Under the pieces are notes generated by a model. It was not told the origin of the DNA. It saw only the letters and a program-made list of their open reading frames with translations, and did no database searches. DNA of 64,000 nucleotides, from the UHGV virus genome UHGV-1359874; one strand, given 5' to 3'. The translations under genes and the position numbers were made by a program. Below, piece after piece: positions 29,173 through 37,439 of the stretch (its first letter is position 1; every line of letters begins with the position of its first letter). The DNA is from a virus.

Positions 29173-29982
29173 ATGTTTTGTGATTTTCCACGAACACTAA
29201 AAGAAAGGCGAGAAAAGAAATTGAACAAATTTACAAAGTTTATTGCCGCAATAGGAATTTGCGGCTGTTTTATTATGCCAGCGCTAGCCGCTGAGCCGGA
29301 AGAGGTGGACTATAAGGCGTTTTTCGACGCGACCGCCGCAACAATTACAGAAGTTGATACCTCAGACATTGATAGCTCTTGGGTTGTAAGAAATGAAAAA
29401 GAAGAGCTTCTTTTTATTACTGATGTAATAAACGAAGTTCAGTATGTTGATGGTTATGTGAATCTACGAGCTGTTCCTACAATAGATTCAGAACCTGTTG
29501 ATATACTCTGCCCCAATGATACAGTCACAAGAGTTGGTGAGTCTGAGTATGGTTGGGCTATTGTTAAAGTAAATGATGAATATTATTTTATGTGGAATGA
29601 ATATTTACTTGATGAACCTATTCCAGAACCCGAACCTGTAAAAAAGGCGGTGTCCCAGTCGAAAACTGCATCCAGCGAGTTCTATGCAGATAACATCTCT
29701 GCAGATTATTCGGCAAGTTACTTCAAGCGCATGGGCGTTATTAATTGGGGTGGATATAGATGGACTTGGTATAGTAGTAAAATTTTGCCAGGTGGAGGCT
29801 TGAATATCCCAGGCCGTCACAGTAATGATTCTGGTTATATTTGCGATGAAAATGGATATATTTGCTTAGCTTCAAATGATTTAGCTAAAGGTACAGTAGT
29901 GAGTACACCTTTTGGCTCAGCTGGAAAAATTTATGACTGCGGAGTAGCATCAGATACTTTAGATGTTTATGTCGCATGGTGA
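29173..29982 (+). CDS. secreted cell-wall-binding protein, SH3b-like + C-terminal 3D-like domain (candidate peptidoglycan hydrolase)
   Basis: signal/TM FIAAIGICGCFIMPALAA; SH3b-like VNLRAVPT...GWAIVKVNDEYYFMW; C-terminus TPFGSAGKIYDCGVASDTLDVYV resembles 3D domain. Confidence 0.55.
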   Translation: MFCDFPRTLKERREKKLNKFTKFIAAIGICGCFIMPALAAEPEEVDYKAFFDATAATITEVDTSDIDSSWVVRNEKEELLFITDVINEVQYVDGYVNLRAVPTIDSEPVDILCPNDTVTRVGESEYGWAIVKVNDEYYFMWNEYLLDEPIPEPEPVKKAVSQSKTASSEFYADNISADYSASYFKRMGVINWGGYRWTWYSSKILPGGGLNIPGRHSNDSGYICDENGYICLASNDLAKGTVVSTPFGSAGKIYDCGVASDTLDVYVAW

Positions 29983-30079
29983 GACCTGCGCATTGATTTT
30001 TGACAATTTAATAATTTTATGATATAATAATTATACAAAAAATAAAGGTAATAAATTTATTATATCAGGAGGATGCTTC

Positions 30080-30991
30080 ATGGAAGAATTTATTGACTTG
30101 GAAGGCTTGGAAGATGAGAGCTTGGCTGAACTGGACAATAGAACAGAGGATGAAGCATCCTCTTTTTCTGTCTCTAGTTTGAAGCAATATTTGAAGAATA
30201 TTGGTTCGATCAATCTATTGACACCTGATGAGGAGATGCGGCTTGCGATCCAAGTCAAAGCAGGAGATAGCGCCGCCCGCGATAAGTTGGTAGAAGCAAA
30301 TCTACGTCTTGTAGTTTCTATTGCAAAGAAATATCAAAATATTGGAGTTCCGCTTCTCGATTTGATTCAAGAGGGTAATTTAGGTTTGATGCGAGCAGCA
30401 GATAAATTTGAACCTGATAAAGGTTATAAATTTTCTACTTATGCTACATATTGGATTAGGCAGTTTATTGGTAGAGCTATTGCTGACCAGGGTAGAACTA
30501 TTCGTGTTCCTGTTCACATGATTGATTCTATCAATAGTATGAAAAAGAAAGAGAATGAATTTGTTGTTGAGCATGGTAGAAAGCCTACTGATAAAGAACT
30601 TGCGGCAGTGCTAGGCGTAACCGCCAAAGAGGTTAAGGCTATGAAGAATTATTCCCAGAAGTCTTCTAGTCTTGATGTTCAGATTGGTGATGATGAGGAT
30701 ACATCTCTTGGTTCTTTGATCGAGGACGATATGTTTGACACGCCGGAAGCAGCATATAATAAAGTTGAAATTGTCAATACACTTAAATCTGTATTGAGTA
30801 CTCTTGATGAAAGAGAAGCGACTATTATTAAGATGCGGTTTGGCCTTGATGGTAAAGGGCCTAGAACTCTTGGTGAAGTAGGCGAAATTTTAAATCTTTC
30901 TAAGGAACGTATTAGACAGCTTGAAGCTAAGGCTTTGCGTAAACTGCGCCATCCTAGTAGAGCAAAAAAACTTCGTGACTTTATTGCTTAA
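30080..30991 (+). CDS. RNA polymerase sigma-70 family factor (regions 2, 3, 4)
   Basis: region 2 [35 protein letters not shown], region 4 [27 protein letters not shown]. Confidence 0.85.
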   Translation: MEEFIDLEGLEDESLAELDNRTEDEASSFSVSSLKQYLKNIGSINLLTPDEEMRLAIQVKAGDSAARDKLVEANLRLVVSIAKKYQNIGVPLLDLIQEGNLGLMRAADKFEPDKGYKFSTYATYWIRQFIGRAIADQGRTIRVPVHMIDSINSMKKKENEFVVEHGRKPTDKELAAVLGVTAKEVKAMKNYSQKSSSLDVQIGDDEDTSLGSLIEDDMFDTPEAAYNKVEIVNTLKSVLSTLDEREATIIKMRFGLDGKGPRTLGEVGEILNLSKERIRQLEAKALRKLRHPSRAKKLRDFIA

Positions 30992-31008
30992 TTGATTTAT
31001 TAAAAAAT

Positions 31009-31037
31009 AAATGTTATAATATATACATAAGAAAGAG
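31009..31037 (+). promoter_or_regulatory. conserved extended -10 promoter element (TnTGTTATAATATATACATAAGAAAGAG); one of more than 20 copies
   Basis: near-identical copies at ~24895, 26815, 27835, 31389, 32310, 35035, 35835, 36875, 37355, 46360, 49482, 54025, 54235, 60480, 62808, 63243 (+) and ~13100, 15170, 20910, 21625 (-). Confidence 0.65.
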
Positions 31038-31079
31038 ATAAGAAATAAAAAATTCAAAACTTTTTCTTATGTATTATAT

Positions 31080-31156
31080 TCCCGTCTAGCTCAACTGGTT
31101 AGAGCATCCGACTTATAATCGGAAGGTTCGGTGTTCAAGTCACCGGGCGGGAACCA
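31080..31156 (+). tRNA. tRNA-Ile (anticodon UAU), CCA encoded
   Basis: hand-folded cloverleaf: acceptor tcccgtc/ggcggga, D gctc/gagc, loop cttataa, T cggtg-ttcaagt-caccg. Confidence 0.7.
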
Positions 31157-31264
31157 TAACTCTTAACATGGATTTTGCTGGTTTAAACTACTCCCGGCAC
31201 TTAGGTGATATGGAGCTTAATGGAAAAGAGTATAATAAGAAGCAAAGTAAAACCAGCTTTTAAT

Positions 31265-31351
31265 GCGGAGATAGTGTAACTGGTCAACACGCATCCCTTA
31301 CAAGGATGAGACATTTGCATTGTCAGGGTTCGAGTCCCTGTCCCCGCACCA
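31265..31351 (+). tRNA. class-II (long variable arm) tRNA; anticodon reads UAC as parsed; isotype uncertain
   Basis: acceptor gcggaga/tccccgc (1 mismatch), AC stem catcc/ggatg, loop cttacaa, 15-17-nt variable arm, T caggg-ttcgagt-ccctg, CCA. Confidence 0.5.
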
Positions 31352-31661
31352 CTAATTATAATATTTACTTTTTGACAATTTAAAAAATAAATGTTATAAT
31401 ATATACATAAGAAAGAGAAAGGAGCTTCTAAATGTATTACGAAAGTTATGCTTGTGAAATTCAGTCTGATGAAATTGCTAGTGTTTGGGCAGATTTTTAT
31501 AATGATATGGAGGCTTTTTTCAATGAAAATGAACAAAAGTGACAGAAAGAAATGCGACGACGAATTGCAAGAATATCTTCAGTTTAGACGTTGCGGATTT
31601 CAGGTAAAACCTAAAAAGGGACGAGGTTCTTATACTCGTAAAATTAAGCATAAATAAATAT

Positions 31662-31736
31662 GGCCCCATCTTCTAATGGTTAGGAAGCCGGCCTTTCACG
31701 CCGGCAATGCTGGTTCGAGTCCTGCTGGGGTCACCA
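31662..31736 (+). tRNA. tRNA-Glu (UUC)
   Basis: acceptor ggcccca/tggggtc, AC ccggc-ctttcac-gccgg, T-loop ttcgagt, CCA. Confidence 0.7.
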
Positions 31737-32066
31737 TGTACATTGTACTCTGAATTTAATCCGAGGCTGACAACGATTGAATTTAGAATGGTTTGTTTAG
31801 GAAACTACCATTTTAATAAGTATCCTTCTTGTTTCACTTGAATGTCCCTAACAAGTAAAAGAATGGCGATGTTCACCAAACCCAAGGTTAGAGGGTTGAC
31901 TTTCTGGACGAGGTCTTTACTCTCCATGGTTTTTAAGAAGAAAACCTAAAAAATAGAAAAGATAAGTTTGTAAGGCAAGGGTTAGATCGAAACTCTTCCA
32001 GCGGGTCTGGGTTTGTAGCTTTACCCCACTTCCCGCCAAAAGCTACAATTTCATATTGCGCTGGTG

Positions 32067-32140
32067 GAGCAATGGTAGCTCGCCGCTTTCATAGGGCGGA
32101 GACGAAGTTCAAATCTTTCCGGGCGCAACCATTGGGACAT
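32067..32140 (+). tRNA. tRNA-Met/Ile2 type (CAU)
   Basis: D gagc/gctc, AC ccgct-ttcatag-ggcgg; acceptor and T stems each carry one mismatch. Confidence 0.5.
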
Positions 32141-33029
32141 TTTGTCTCACCTTTTAATGAGTTTTAGTGAGCCTTCTCGGGGATATGGCTCCTGGTTGAA
32201 AAATTGCTTCTACCTGAACCCCGCTAACCTTTTTTAACGGAGACTAAAGAATATAGTTCAAATGTTTTATAACAGAACGCCGTTTATATACAAAGTCTTT
32301 TGATTTCTTAAAAAATATATGATATAATATATATGTAATCAAGAGATAAGCAACTGATATTAGCCGCCCTCCGCTGAATAAGCCTGGCAGTTGCGATTTC
32401 GACTAAGAGCTATGTTGAACCTTGAAAATTTCTGTAACTCAGTGAAGAACGCACACCAGCGTGCTGAGAATCCGACCCTGCTTACGGGTTTCCAAGAGTT
32501 TCTTATTTAGAAGGATACTTCTAAATGGGATAGAGTTAAATGCGGTGACGTATTTAAACTCCATCAAACGGTGGACTTGGAAGGGTGGATGTGCAGATAT
32601 TATCGCAATCAAAGGCAGTTGTCTTATCGCGGTCATAATAGAAAGTTCGTTTAACAGACGGGCCGAATCCTAGTTAGGTAGGAGCTGGTTACTCTTACAA
32701 TCCTAGGAAATACCAACAAGATCGTTTGCTGTGATGTTAAAGTAATTTAACTATAAGATAAGGTCAGACGTACAAGTAGCTCAAGGCATTTGAAGATGGT
32801 TTCATACTAAATTAGCTGATAATGAATTATTATAAGAATAATTTTCTGAATGGTGAGTGAAAGTTGCTCGTAGTCAGTCGAGTACAGGATTTGACGAGTT
32901 ATCGTTGGAATAAGAAGTTAGGGGTCATGACCCGAAGCTCAGACTTATTTCCCTGTTAGCCTAATATGATTGAAGATAATTATTTGTAGGGTGAAGGCCC
33001 ACAGAGTTTTTTGGTTCAGTTGAATATAT

Positions 33030-33341
33030 GCCGCGGTGGCGAAATTGGTAAACGCAATGGACTTTTGACTTAGCAAACGTTAAAAGAGAGTGCCTAGAAG
33101 GAAACTTTTAGAGTAGAAACTGGCTAAAACGGCGAATGGCTAAGAGAACGCCGTGCTAAATTTCAAGAGTAATCTTGAATAAATGTGTAGAGAGCATACA
33201 CCAGTTGCCTAAGTTCTTATGAATATGGTAAAGACGTGCTCCAGACTACAACGTATCTTTTGATACGGCCATGGTGACATGGAGTAGTAAGAAAATCCAT
33301 CGGCTTCGGCCTTGGGGGTTCGACTCCCCTCTGCGGCACCA
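33030..33341 (+). tRNA. tRNA-Leu (UAA) interrupted by a 227-nt group-I-like intron (33065-33291) between anticodon-loop positions 34 and 35
   Basis: 5' half: acceptor gccgcgg, D-arm, AC stem atgga + ctt. 3' half: aaaa + tccat, class-II variable hairpin ggcttcggcc, T ggggg-ttcgact-cccct, acceptor ctgcggc, A-CCA. Intron has R-like element CAGACTACAACG, P8-like hairpin ccatg-gtga-catgg, ends in G. Confidence 0.7.
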
Positions 33342-33559
33342 CCAAATTAAAATAATCAAGGAAATTAAAGCCATTTTGTAAAGGAACGTACAAAGGTCGA
33401 GTCGTAAGAAAAACAAAAGTAGTCCGTAAGGAATGGTAAACTTGATATGACCAAGTAAGTTATTGCCAGTTGATTATTTTAATTTTTTACTTATCTATCC
33501 AAGAGTAGAATAAGCTGAATCTGCGGCGAGGCGGATGTAAACAATACCTCGTTAAATAT

Positions 33560-33635
33560 TGCCTTGTAGTCCAGTTGGTAGAACGGCGGACTGTTAATCC
33601 GTATGTCGTGGGTTCGAGTCCCACCGGGGCAGCCA
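33560..33635 (+). tRNA. tRNA-Asn (GUU)
   Basis: acceptor tgccttg/cggggca, AC loop ctgttaa, T gtggg-ttcgagt-cccac, CCA. Confidence 0.7.
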
Positions 33636-33664
33636 TAAATCTTTTTAAATTAGGAGGTGAAAAA

Positions 33665-33901
33665 TTGAAGATTCGTAATCTAAAGGACATTAATTCTTTT
33701 AAAAATGCTATTGCGCAGTGTCATGGAGAAGTCTGGCTTGAATCTGTATATGGTGATAAGTATAATTTAAAGTCTGAACTTTCTCAGTATGTTGCTATGG
33801 CGGATTTGCTAAGAGATAAGAAAGAGAATTTAGAATTGTTTGCTAGACTTCCTGAAGATCAAGCTATTCTAATGGATTTTCTTAGAACTCTTGAAGATTA
33901 A
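33665..33901 (+). CDS. small hypothetical protein (~78 aa, TTG start); listed ORF 33575..33901 overlaps tRNA-Asn so its 5' part is not coding
   Basis: RBS aggaggtg 7 nt before TTG at ~33665. Confidence 0.4.
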   Translation: MKIRNLKDINSFKNAIAQCHGEVWLESVYGDKYNLKSELSQYVAMADLLRDKKENLELFARLPEDQAILMDFLRTLED

Positions 33902-33913
33902 TTTCTTCAATAT

Positions 33914-34052
33914 GCGTTTATAGCTCAGTTGGTAGAGCACCGCACTTGTTAGGATAGTTTAAAGAAAAATCTCTTTGAGGATATAAGTTCAAATCTTATT
34001 TCTAACTCCATTAATGCGATGGTCGGGAGTTCGAGTCTCCCTAAGCGCACCA
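33914..34052 (+). tRNA. tRNA (probably Lys, UUU) carrying a 63-nt tRNA-like minihelix insert (33948-34010) in the anticodon loop
   Basis: outer: acceptor gcgttta/taagcgc, canonical D-arm tagctcagttggtagagc, AC stem ccgca/tgcga, T gggag-ttcgagt-ctccc, A-CCA. Removing 33948-34010 gives loop cttttaa. Insert: stem gttagga/ttctaac (7 bp, perfect), T-arm ataag-ttcaaat-cttat, T-CCA. Confidence 0.55.
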
Positions 34053-34246
34053 TTAAAATCTTATATAGACACATACAGCAATGAATATTTTAATAGCTTT
34101 TAAAAAATATTCACTTTTTACTGTGATTTTTATATTGATGGTTTGTTTTTATTCTTTCATTTTGTTTGACCCCTCCTTTCATTACAAATTTGTTTGAGTG
34201 TCTAGTTTAAAAAATAAAAAAGTAAGTATAATATAAAAGAAAAAAT

Positions 34247-34331
34247 GAGCGAGTGTTGGAATAGGAATACAACTCTGCCTTAGAAGCAGAGGTCGAAAGG
34301 CATAAGGGTTCGAGTCCCTTCTCGTTCACCA
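34247..34331 (+). tRNA. tRNA-Leu (UAG)
   Basis: acceptor gagcgag/ctcgttc, AC tctgc-cttagaa-gcaga, long variable arm, T aaggg-ttcgagt-ccctt, CCA. Confidence 0.7.
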
Positions 34332-34386
34332 ACTGTGAAAATCATGCGTGTTTATTTCACTAAACACATTGTAATAGCCAAATTAT

Positions 34387-34477
34387 CTTGAGGTACCCAA
34401 GTGGTTGAAGGGGGCGCATTGCTAATGCGCTAGTAGGGTAACACCTAGCGAGAGTTCAAATCTCTCCCTCAAGGCCA
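34387..34477 (+). tRNA. tRNA-Ser (GCU)
   Basis: acceptor cttgagg/cctcaag perfect, AC gcgca-ttgctaa-tgcgc, long variable arm, T gagag-ttcaaat-ctctc, G-CCA. Confidence 0.7.
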
Positions 34478-34506
34478 TAACTTTTATCAAAAGGAGAATT
34501 ACGCCA

Positions 34507-34647
34507 ATGTTTACTATTGAACAGTCTATTGCTGCTAAGAAGAATCGTCTGAATAAATTGATTGGACGCGGCGATCGTAATGTTAAGTGTCCTGGAGTTA
34601 TTCGTAAGTTGCGGCGAGAAATTCGCAATCTTGAAACTCAGCGTTAA
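34507..34647 (+). CDS. small basic protein (~46 aa) inside tRNA island
   Basis: ATG with RBS aaaaggagaa; under ORF-track size cut-off. Confidence 0.35.
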   Translation: MFTIEQSIAAKKNRLNKLIGRGDRNVKCPGVIRKLRREIRNLETQR

Positions 34648-34660
34648 TCGCTGAGAATAT

Positions 34661-34755
34661 GCGTCCGTACCGAAATGGTTATAACGGCCTAGCCTTGAAA
34701 GCTTGTGTGTCAGCTTGTATCTGACATGGGGGTCCGAATCCCTCCGGGCGCGCCA
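34661..34755 (+). tRNA. tRNA-Ser (UGA)
   Basis: acceptor gcgtccg/cgggcgc, loop cttgaaa, long variable hairpin gtcag/ctgac, unusual T-loop tccgaat. Confidence 0.55.
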
Positions 34756-34780
34756 TTTAGACCTTTACAGCAATTATTTT

Positions 34781-34833
34781 TTCTAAGAAGAATTGGGTTC
34801 CATGTGTCGGTGATTCGAGTTCATCCTAGAAGG
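34781..34833 (+). ncRNA. free-standing mini tRNA-like element (terminal stem ttctaag/cctagaa 6/7 bp + T-arm ggtga-ttcgagt-tcatc; no D or anticodon arm)
   Basis: hand fold; preceded by recurrent leader motif acagcaatt. Confidence 0.35.
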
Positions 34834-34839
34834 TAAAAC

Positions 34840-34920
34840 TTCTTGTAGCTCAGTTGGTAGAGCAATGATTATTTAGAACTTATGGGTCTAGTTAAATATG
34901 GGCGGGACGCTGCCCATTAT
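34840..34920 (+). pseudogene. truncated tRNA (5' acceptor cttcttg + canonical D-arm tagctcagttggtagagc; no matching 3' half)
   Basis: D-arm identical to that of 33914 tRNA; no complementary acceptor strand before tRNA-Pro. Confidence 0.4.
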
Positions 34921-34996
34921 CCGGGTGTAGCGCAGTTGATAGCGCACAGGTTTTGGGTACCTGGGGTCGTGAGTTTAAGTCTCACCACTCGGACCA
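34921..34996 (+). tRNA. tRNA-Pro (UGG)
   Basis: acceptor ccgggtg/cactcgg, AC caggt-tttgggt-acctg, T gtgag-tttaagt-ctcac, A-CCA. Confidence 0.7.
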
Positions 34997-35102
34997 TCTA
35001 GGTGAATCCACATTTCACATATTTTATTGACAAAATTAAAAAAATTTGTTATAATATATATAGAAAAAACAAAGAAAGTAATTTTGTTAATGGAGAAAAG
35101 TT

Positions 35103-35288
35103 ATGTATATTTGTCCAACTTGTAACAAAAGTTTTGATACTGAGGAAAGAATCCAAAAGCATTTCTTAAAGTGTTGGAAAGAAAAAAATCCTTATTATCA
35201 GTCTAAGCCAGCTCCTAGAAGTGAAGATGTTGAGACTGTTGAAATTAATGATGATGTAGCAAACTTTTTTAATTCTTTAATGCGGTGA
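35103..35288 (+). CDS. small C2H2-like zinc-finger protein
   Basis: CPTC...HFLKC pattern; extended -10 motif at ~35035. Confidence 0.45.
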   Translation: MYICPTCNKSFDTEERIQKHFLKCWKEKNPYYQSKPAPRSEDVETVEINDDVANFFNSLMR

Positions 35289-35294
35289 TGTAAA

Positions 35295-35648
35295 ATGCAG
35301 GAAGTAAAAATTAAAACACATTTAATAATTACCTCAATTCATAATGAATTTAATATGAACTGGTGTGGTAAGATTATTAATACCAAACCTAAGTTTGAAA
35401 ATAATAAACCTGTATTTGTCATTATTGGAAGTCTTGGACGAATGGAAGTAAATACTGTTGACATGAAATATCTTGAGGAATGTGCTAAGAAACTCACATA
35501 TCCAAGAGGTAGACAAGCAGTTACCACTGATAAAGCAAGAATTTATATTGTTGAAGAAGATGGTAAAGAAACTTTGATGGGTGTTTTAACTCATAATAAT
35601 GTTAAGCAGTATGCGCCAATGTTTGATCCAGTCGGATACAGGAATTAA
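35295..35648 (+). CDS. hypothetical protein (117 aa)
   Basis: ORF track. Confidence 0.5.
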   Translation: MQEVKIKTHLIITSIHNEFNMNWCGKIINTKPKFENNKPVFVIIGSLGRMEVNTVDMKYLEECAKKLTYPRGRQAVTTDKARIYIVEEDGKETLMGVLTHNNVKQYAPMFDPVGYRN

Positions 35649-35657
35649 TCTTTTTAT

Positions 35658-35803
35658 AGGGTAATAGCCAAGTGGTAAGGCATGGGACTTTCAAGATTTA
35701 GTATAAAGAAGTATTTCTATTATGAATAGAAGGTATTGGTTCAAATCCAATAATCTTGACTAGACTCCCAGATGCGTTGGTTCAAATCCAACTTACCCTG
35801 CCA
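35658..35803 (+). tRNA. tRNA (Gln UUG or Glu UUC after excision) carrying a ~71-nt tRNA-like minihelix insert (35692-35762) in the anticodon loop
   Basis: outer: acceptor agggtaa/ttaccct perfect, D gcc/ggc, AC stem tggga/tccca, T gttgg-ttcaaat-ccaac, G-CCA. Insert: stem caagatt/aatcttg (7 bp perfect), tagtataaagaag..., T-arm attgg-ttcaaat-ccaat, A-CUA; homologous to insert at 33948. Confidence 0.55.
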
Positions 35804-35984
35804 TATAAAAAATAAACAAAAAAAATGATTTTTATTAAAATTTTTGATATAATATATATATAAGATAAAGAAAGACACTCACAGCAATTTTTTTATGGTT
35901 TACAAAAAATTCTGCAAAAATTTTTTAAGAAGGTTCGATTCCTTTAAATAATGTGTCTTGGTTATTTAATATATGCGCGAGTGT

Positions 35985-36070
35985 CGGAATGGTAGACGAG
36001 GTGGTCTCAAAAACCACTGCGATAATTCGCATAAGGGTTCGAGTCCCTTCTTGCGCACCAGCGGGAACCC
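35985..36070 (+). tRNA. tRNA-Leu (CAA)
   Basis: acceptor gcgcgag/cttgcgc, AC gtggt-ctcaaaa-accac, long variable arm tgcgataattcgcat, T aaggg-ttcgagt-ccctt, A-CCA. Confidence 0.7.
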
Positions 36071-36130
36071 GCAACAATTAAAAACATTATTTTGGAAGTC
36101 ATTTTAACCTTCCAAAAAAATCGTAAATAT

Positions 36131-36205
36131 GCCGAGTTAGTTTAATGGGAAAACAATCCTCGTTTGCGGATTATGATAAGTTCGATTCTTATCACACGGC
36201 CATGT
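36131..36205 (+). tRNA. irregular tRNA or tRNA-like (possible UUU anticodon in an 8-nt loop; one acceptor mismatch)
   Basis: D gttt/aaac, AC aatcc-tcgtttgc-ggatt, T ataag-ttcgatt-cttat, no encoded CCA. Confidence 0.35.
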
Positions 36206-36301
36206 ATGATTCGGATAGTATAATGGAATTACAATCGGTTGTAGACCGGAAGATACCAGTTCGATTCTGGTGAAGAATCTTTAAATTGATTTTTTTAAAA
36301 G

Positions 36302-36347
<46 letters not shown>

Positions 36348-36405
36348 AGACAAACAGCAATATAATATTTTTAACTGGCTATTGTTAAAAAGTCTCTTGT
36401 AACTC

Positions 36406-36480
36406 GCTAGTGTGGCGCAACGGTGGCGCAGTCGATTTGTAATCGAAGGGCTGGAGGTTCAATCCCTCTCACTAGCTCCA
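36406..36480 (+). tRNA. tRNA-Thr (UGU)
   Basis: acceptor gctagtg/cactagc perfect, D gcgc/gcgc, loop tttgtaa, T ggagg-ttcaatc-cctct, T-CCA. Confidence 0.7.
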
Positions 36481-36821
36481 GCTTTCATAAACACATCTTT
36501 TAAAATTAAATTAGACCCCAACAGCAATTTTAAGCTCTGATAAAGCAGTGATTATGGGTTCAAATCCTATTGTAACAATTTTTGTTATATAGCATAATGG
36601 TAATGCACTAAAAAGGGGTCTAGATATGCACCTATCGTATAACAGTTAATATAGAAGCCTTCCAAGCTTCGGACGCGAGGGCGGTACTCGCTAGGTGCTC
36701 CATAAGACGTAAACCGCAACTTTTTAAAAATAATAAGATTTCAAGCATTTGAGAAGTATTGAAAAAAGATTTCTTCCTAAGATACGTCTTGAAAAAATAA
36801 TATTATAGAGATCTTTTTAAA

Positions 36822-36858
36822 GCCCATTAGCGAAAAGTAGCTAACGGGCAATTTTTTT
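36822..36858 (+). terminator. rho-independent terminator closing the tRNA island
   Basis: gcccattagc...gctaacgggc + T7. Confidence 0.6.
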
Positions 36859-36919
36859 ATATATTGATTTTTTATTAAATTTTTGTTATAATATTAATAG
36901 AAGAGAGAGGGGATTTTAA

Positions 36920-37255
36920 ATGAAACTTTGGATTGATGATGTGCGGCAGCCGCCTGATGAGTCTTGGACCTGGGTAAAAAGTGTGGATGAAGCTAAGATT
37001 TATTATACTCAATGCACCCGTCCTTATCATAATGTGTATGTTACACCTGCTATTACTGAAATTTCTCTTGACCATGATGCTGGTGATTATGCTAGTATGG
37101 GTGGCGATTATATTCGTTTTTTAGACTGGCTTGAGAAAAAGGCGATTATTAAGAATTATCAGATTGATACACTTTTTACTATTCATTCTAGAAATCCAGT
37201 GGGAAAATATAATATGGAAAATATTATCCGCAAAAATCATTGGAGGTATATGTAA
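36920..37255 (+). CDS. hypothetical protein (111 aa; MKLWIDDVRQPP...ISLDHDAG motif)
   Basis: ORF track; RBS agagagggg; followed by possible 27-aa TM peptide ORF 37257-37340. Confidence 0.5.
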   Translation: MKLWIDDVRQPPDESWTWVKSVDEAKIYYTQCTRPYHNVYVTPAITEISLDHDAGDYASMGGDYIRFLDWLEKKAIIKNYQIDTLFTIHSRNPVGKYNMENIIRKNHWRYM

Positions 37256-37439
37256 AATGACTGAGTTTGTTATTGGTGTTTGGGTTGGTGTAGCCTGTTA
37301 TGGGGTTTGGCGAATTATTTATGAAATTTTTTTTCATTGATTTTTAAAAAAATTTTTGTTATAATATATAATATAAAAACAAGAGATAAGAATCAATAAA
37401 AGGTTATGAAAATAACCATCTCAGTAAAGGAGAAAATAT

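Noticed and set aside
33030-33341. tmRNA (ssrA) interpretation of the 3' tRNA-like end GGGGGTTCGACTCCCC...CACCA
   Set aside because: The acceptor lacks the G3-U70 Ala identity pair, and the 5' part has a canonical D-arm and half anticodon stem. An intron-containing tRNA-Leu explains all parts.
33487-33690. Minus-strand ORF overlapping tRNA-Asn
   Set aside because: Its sequence (GLEPTT...) is the reverse translation of a tRNA T-arm/acceptor; the tRNA fold is far better supported.
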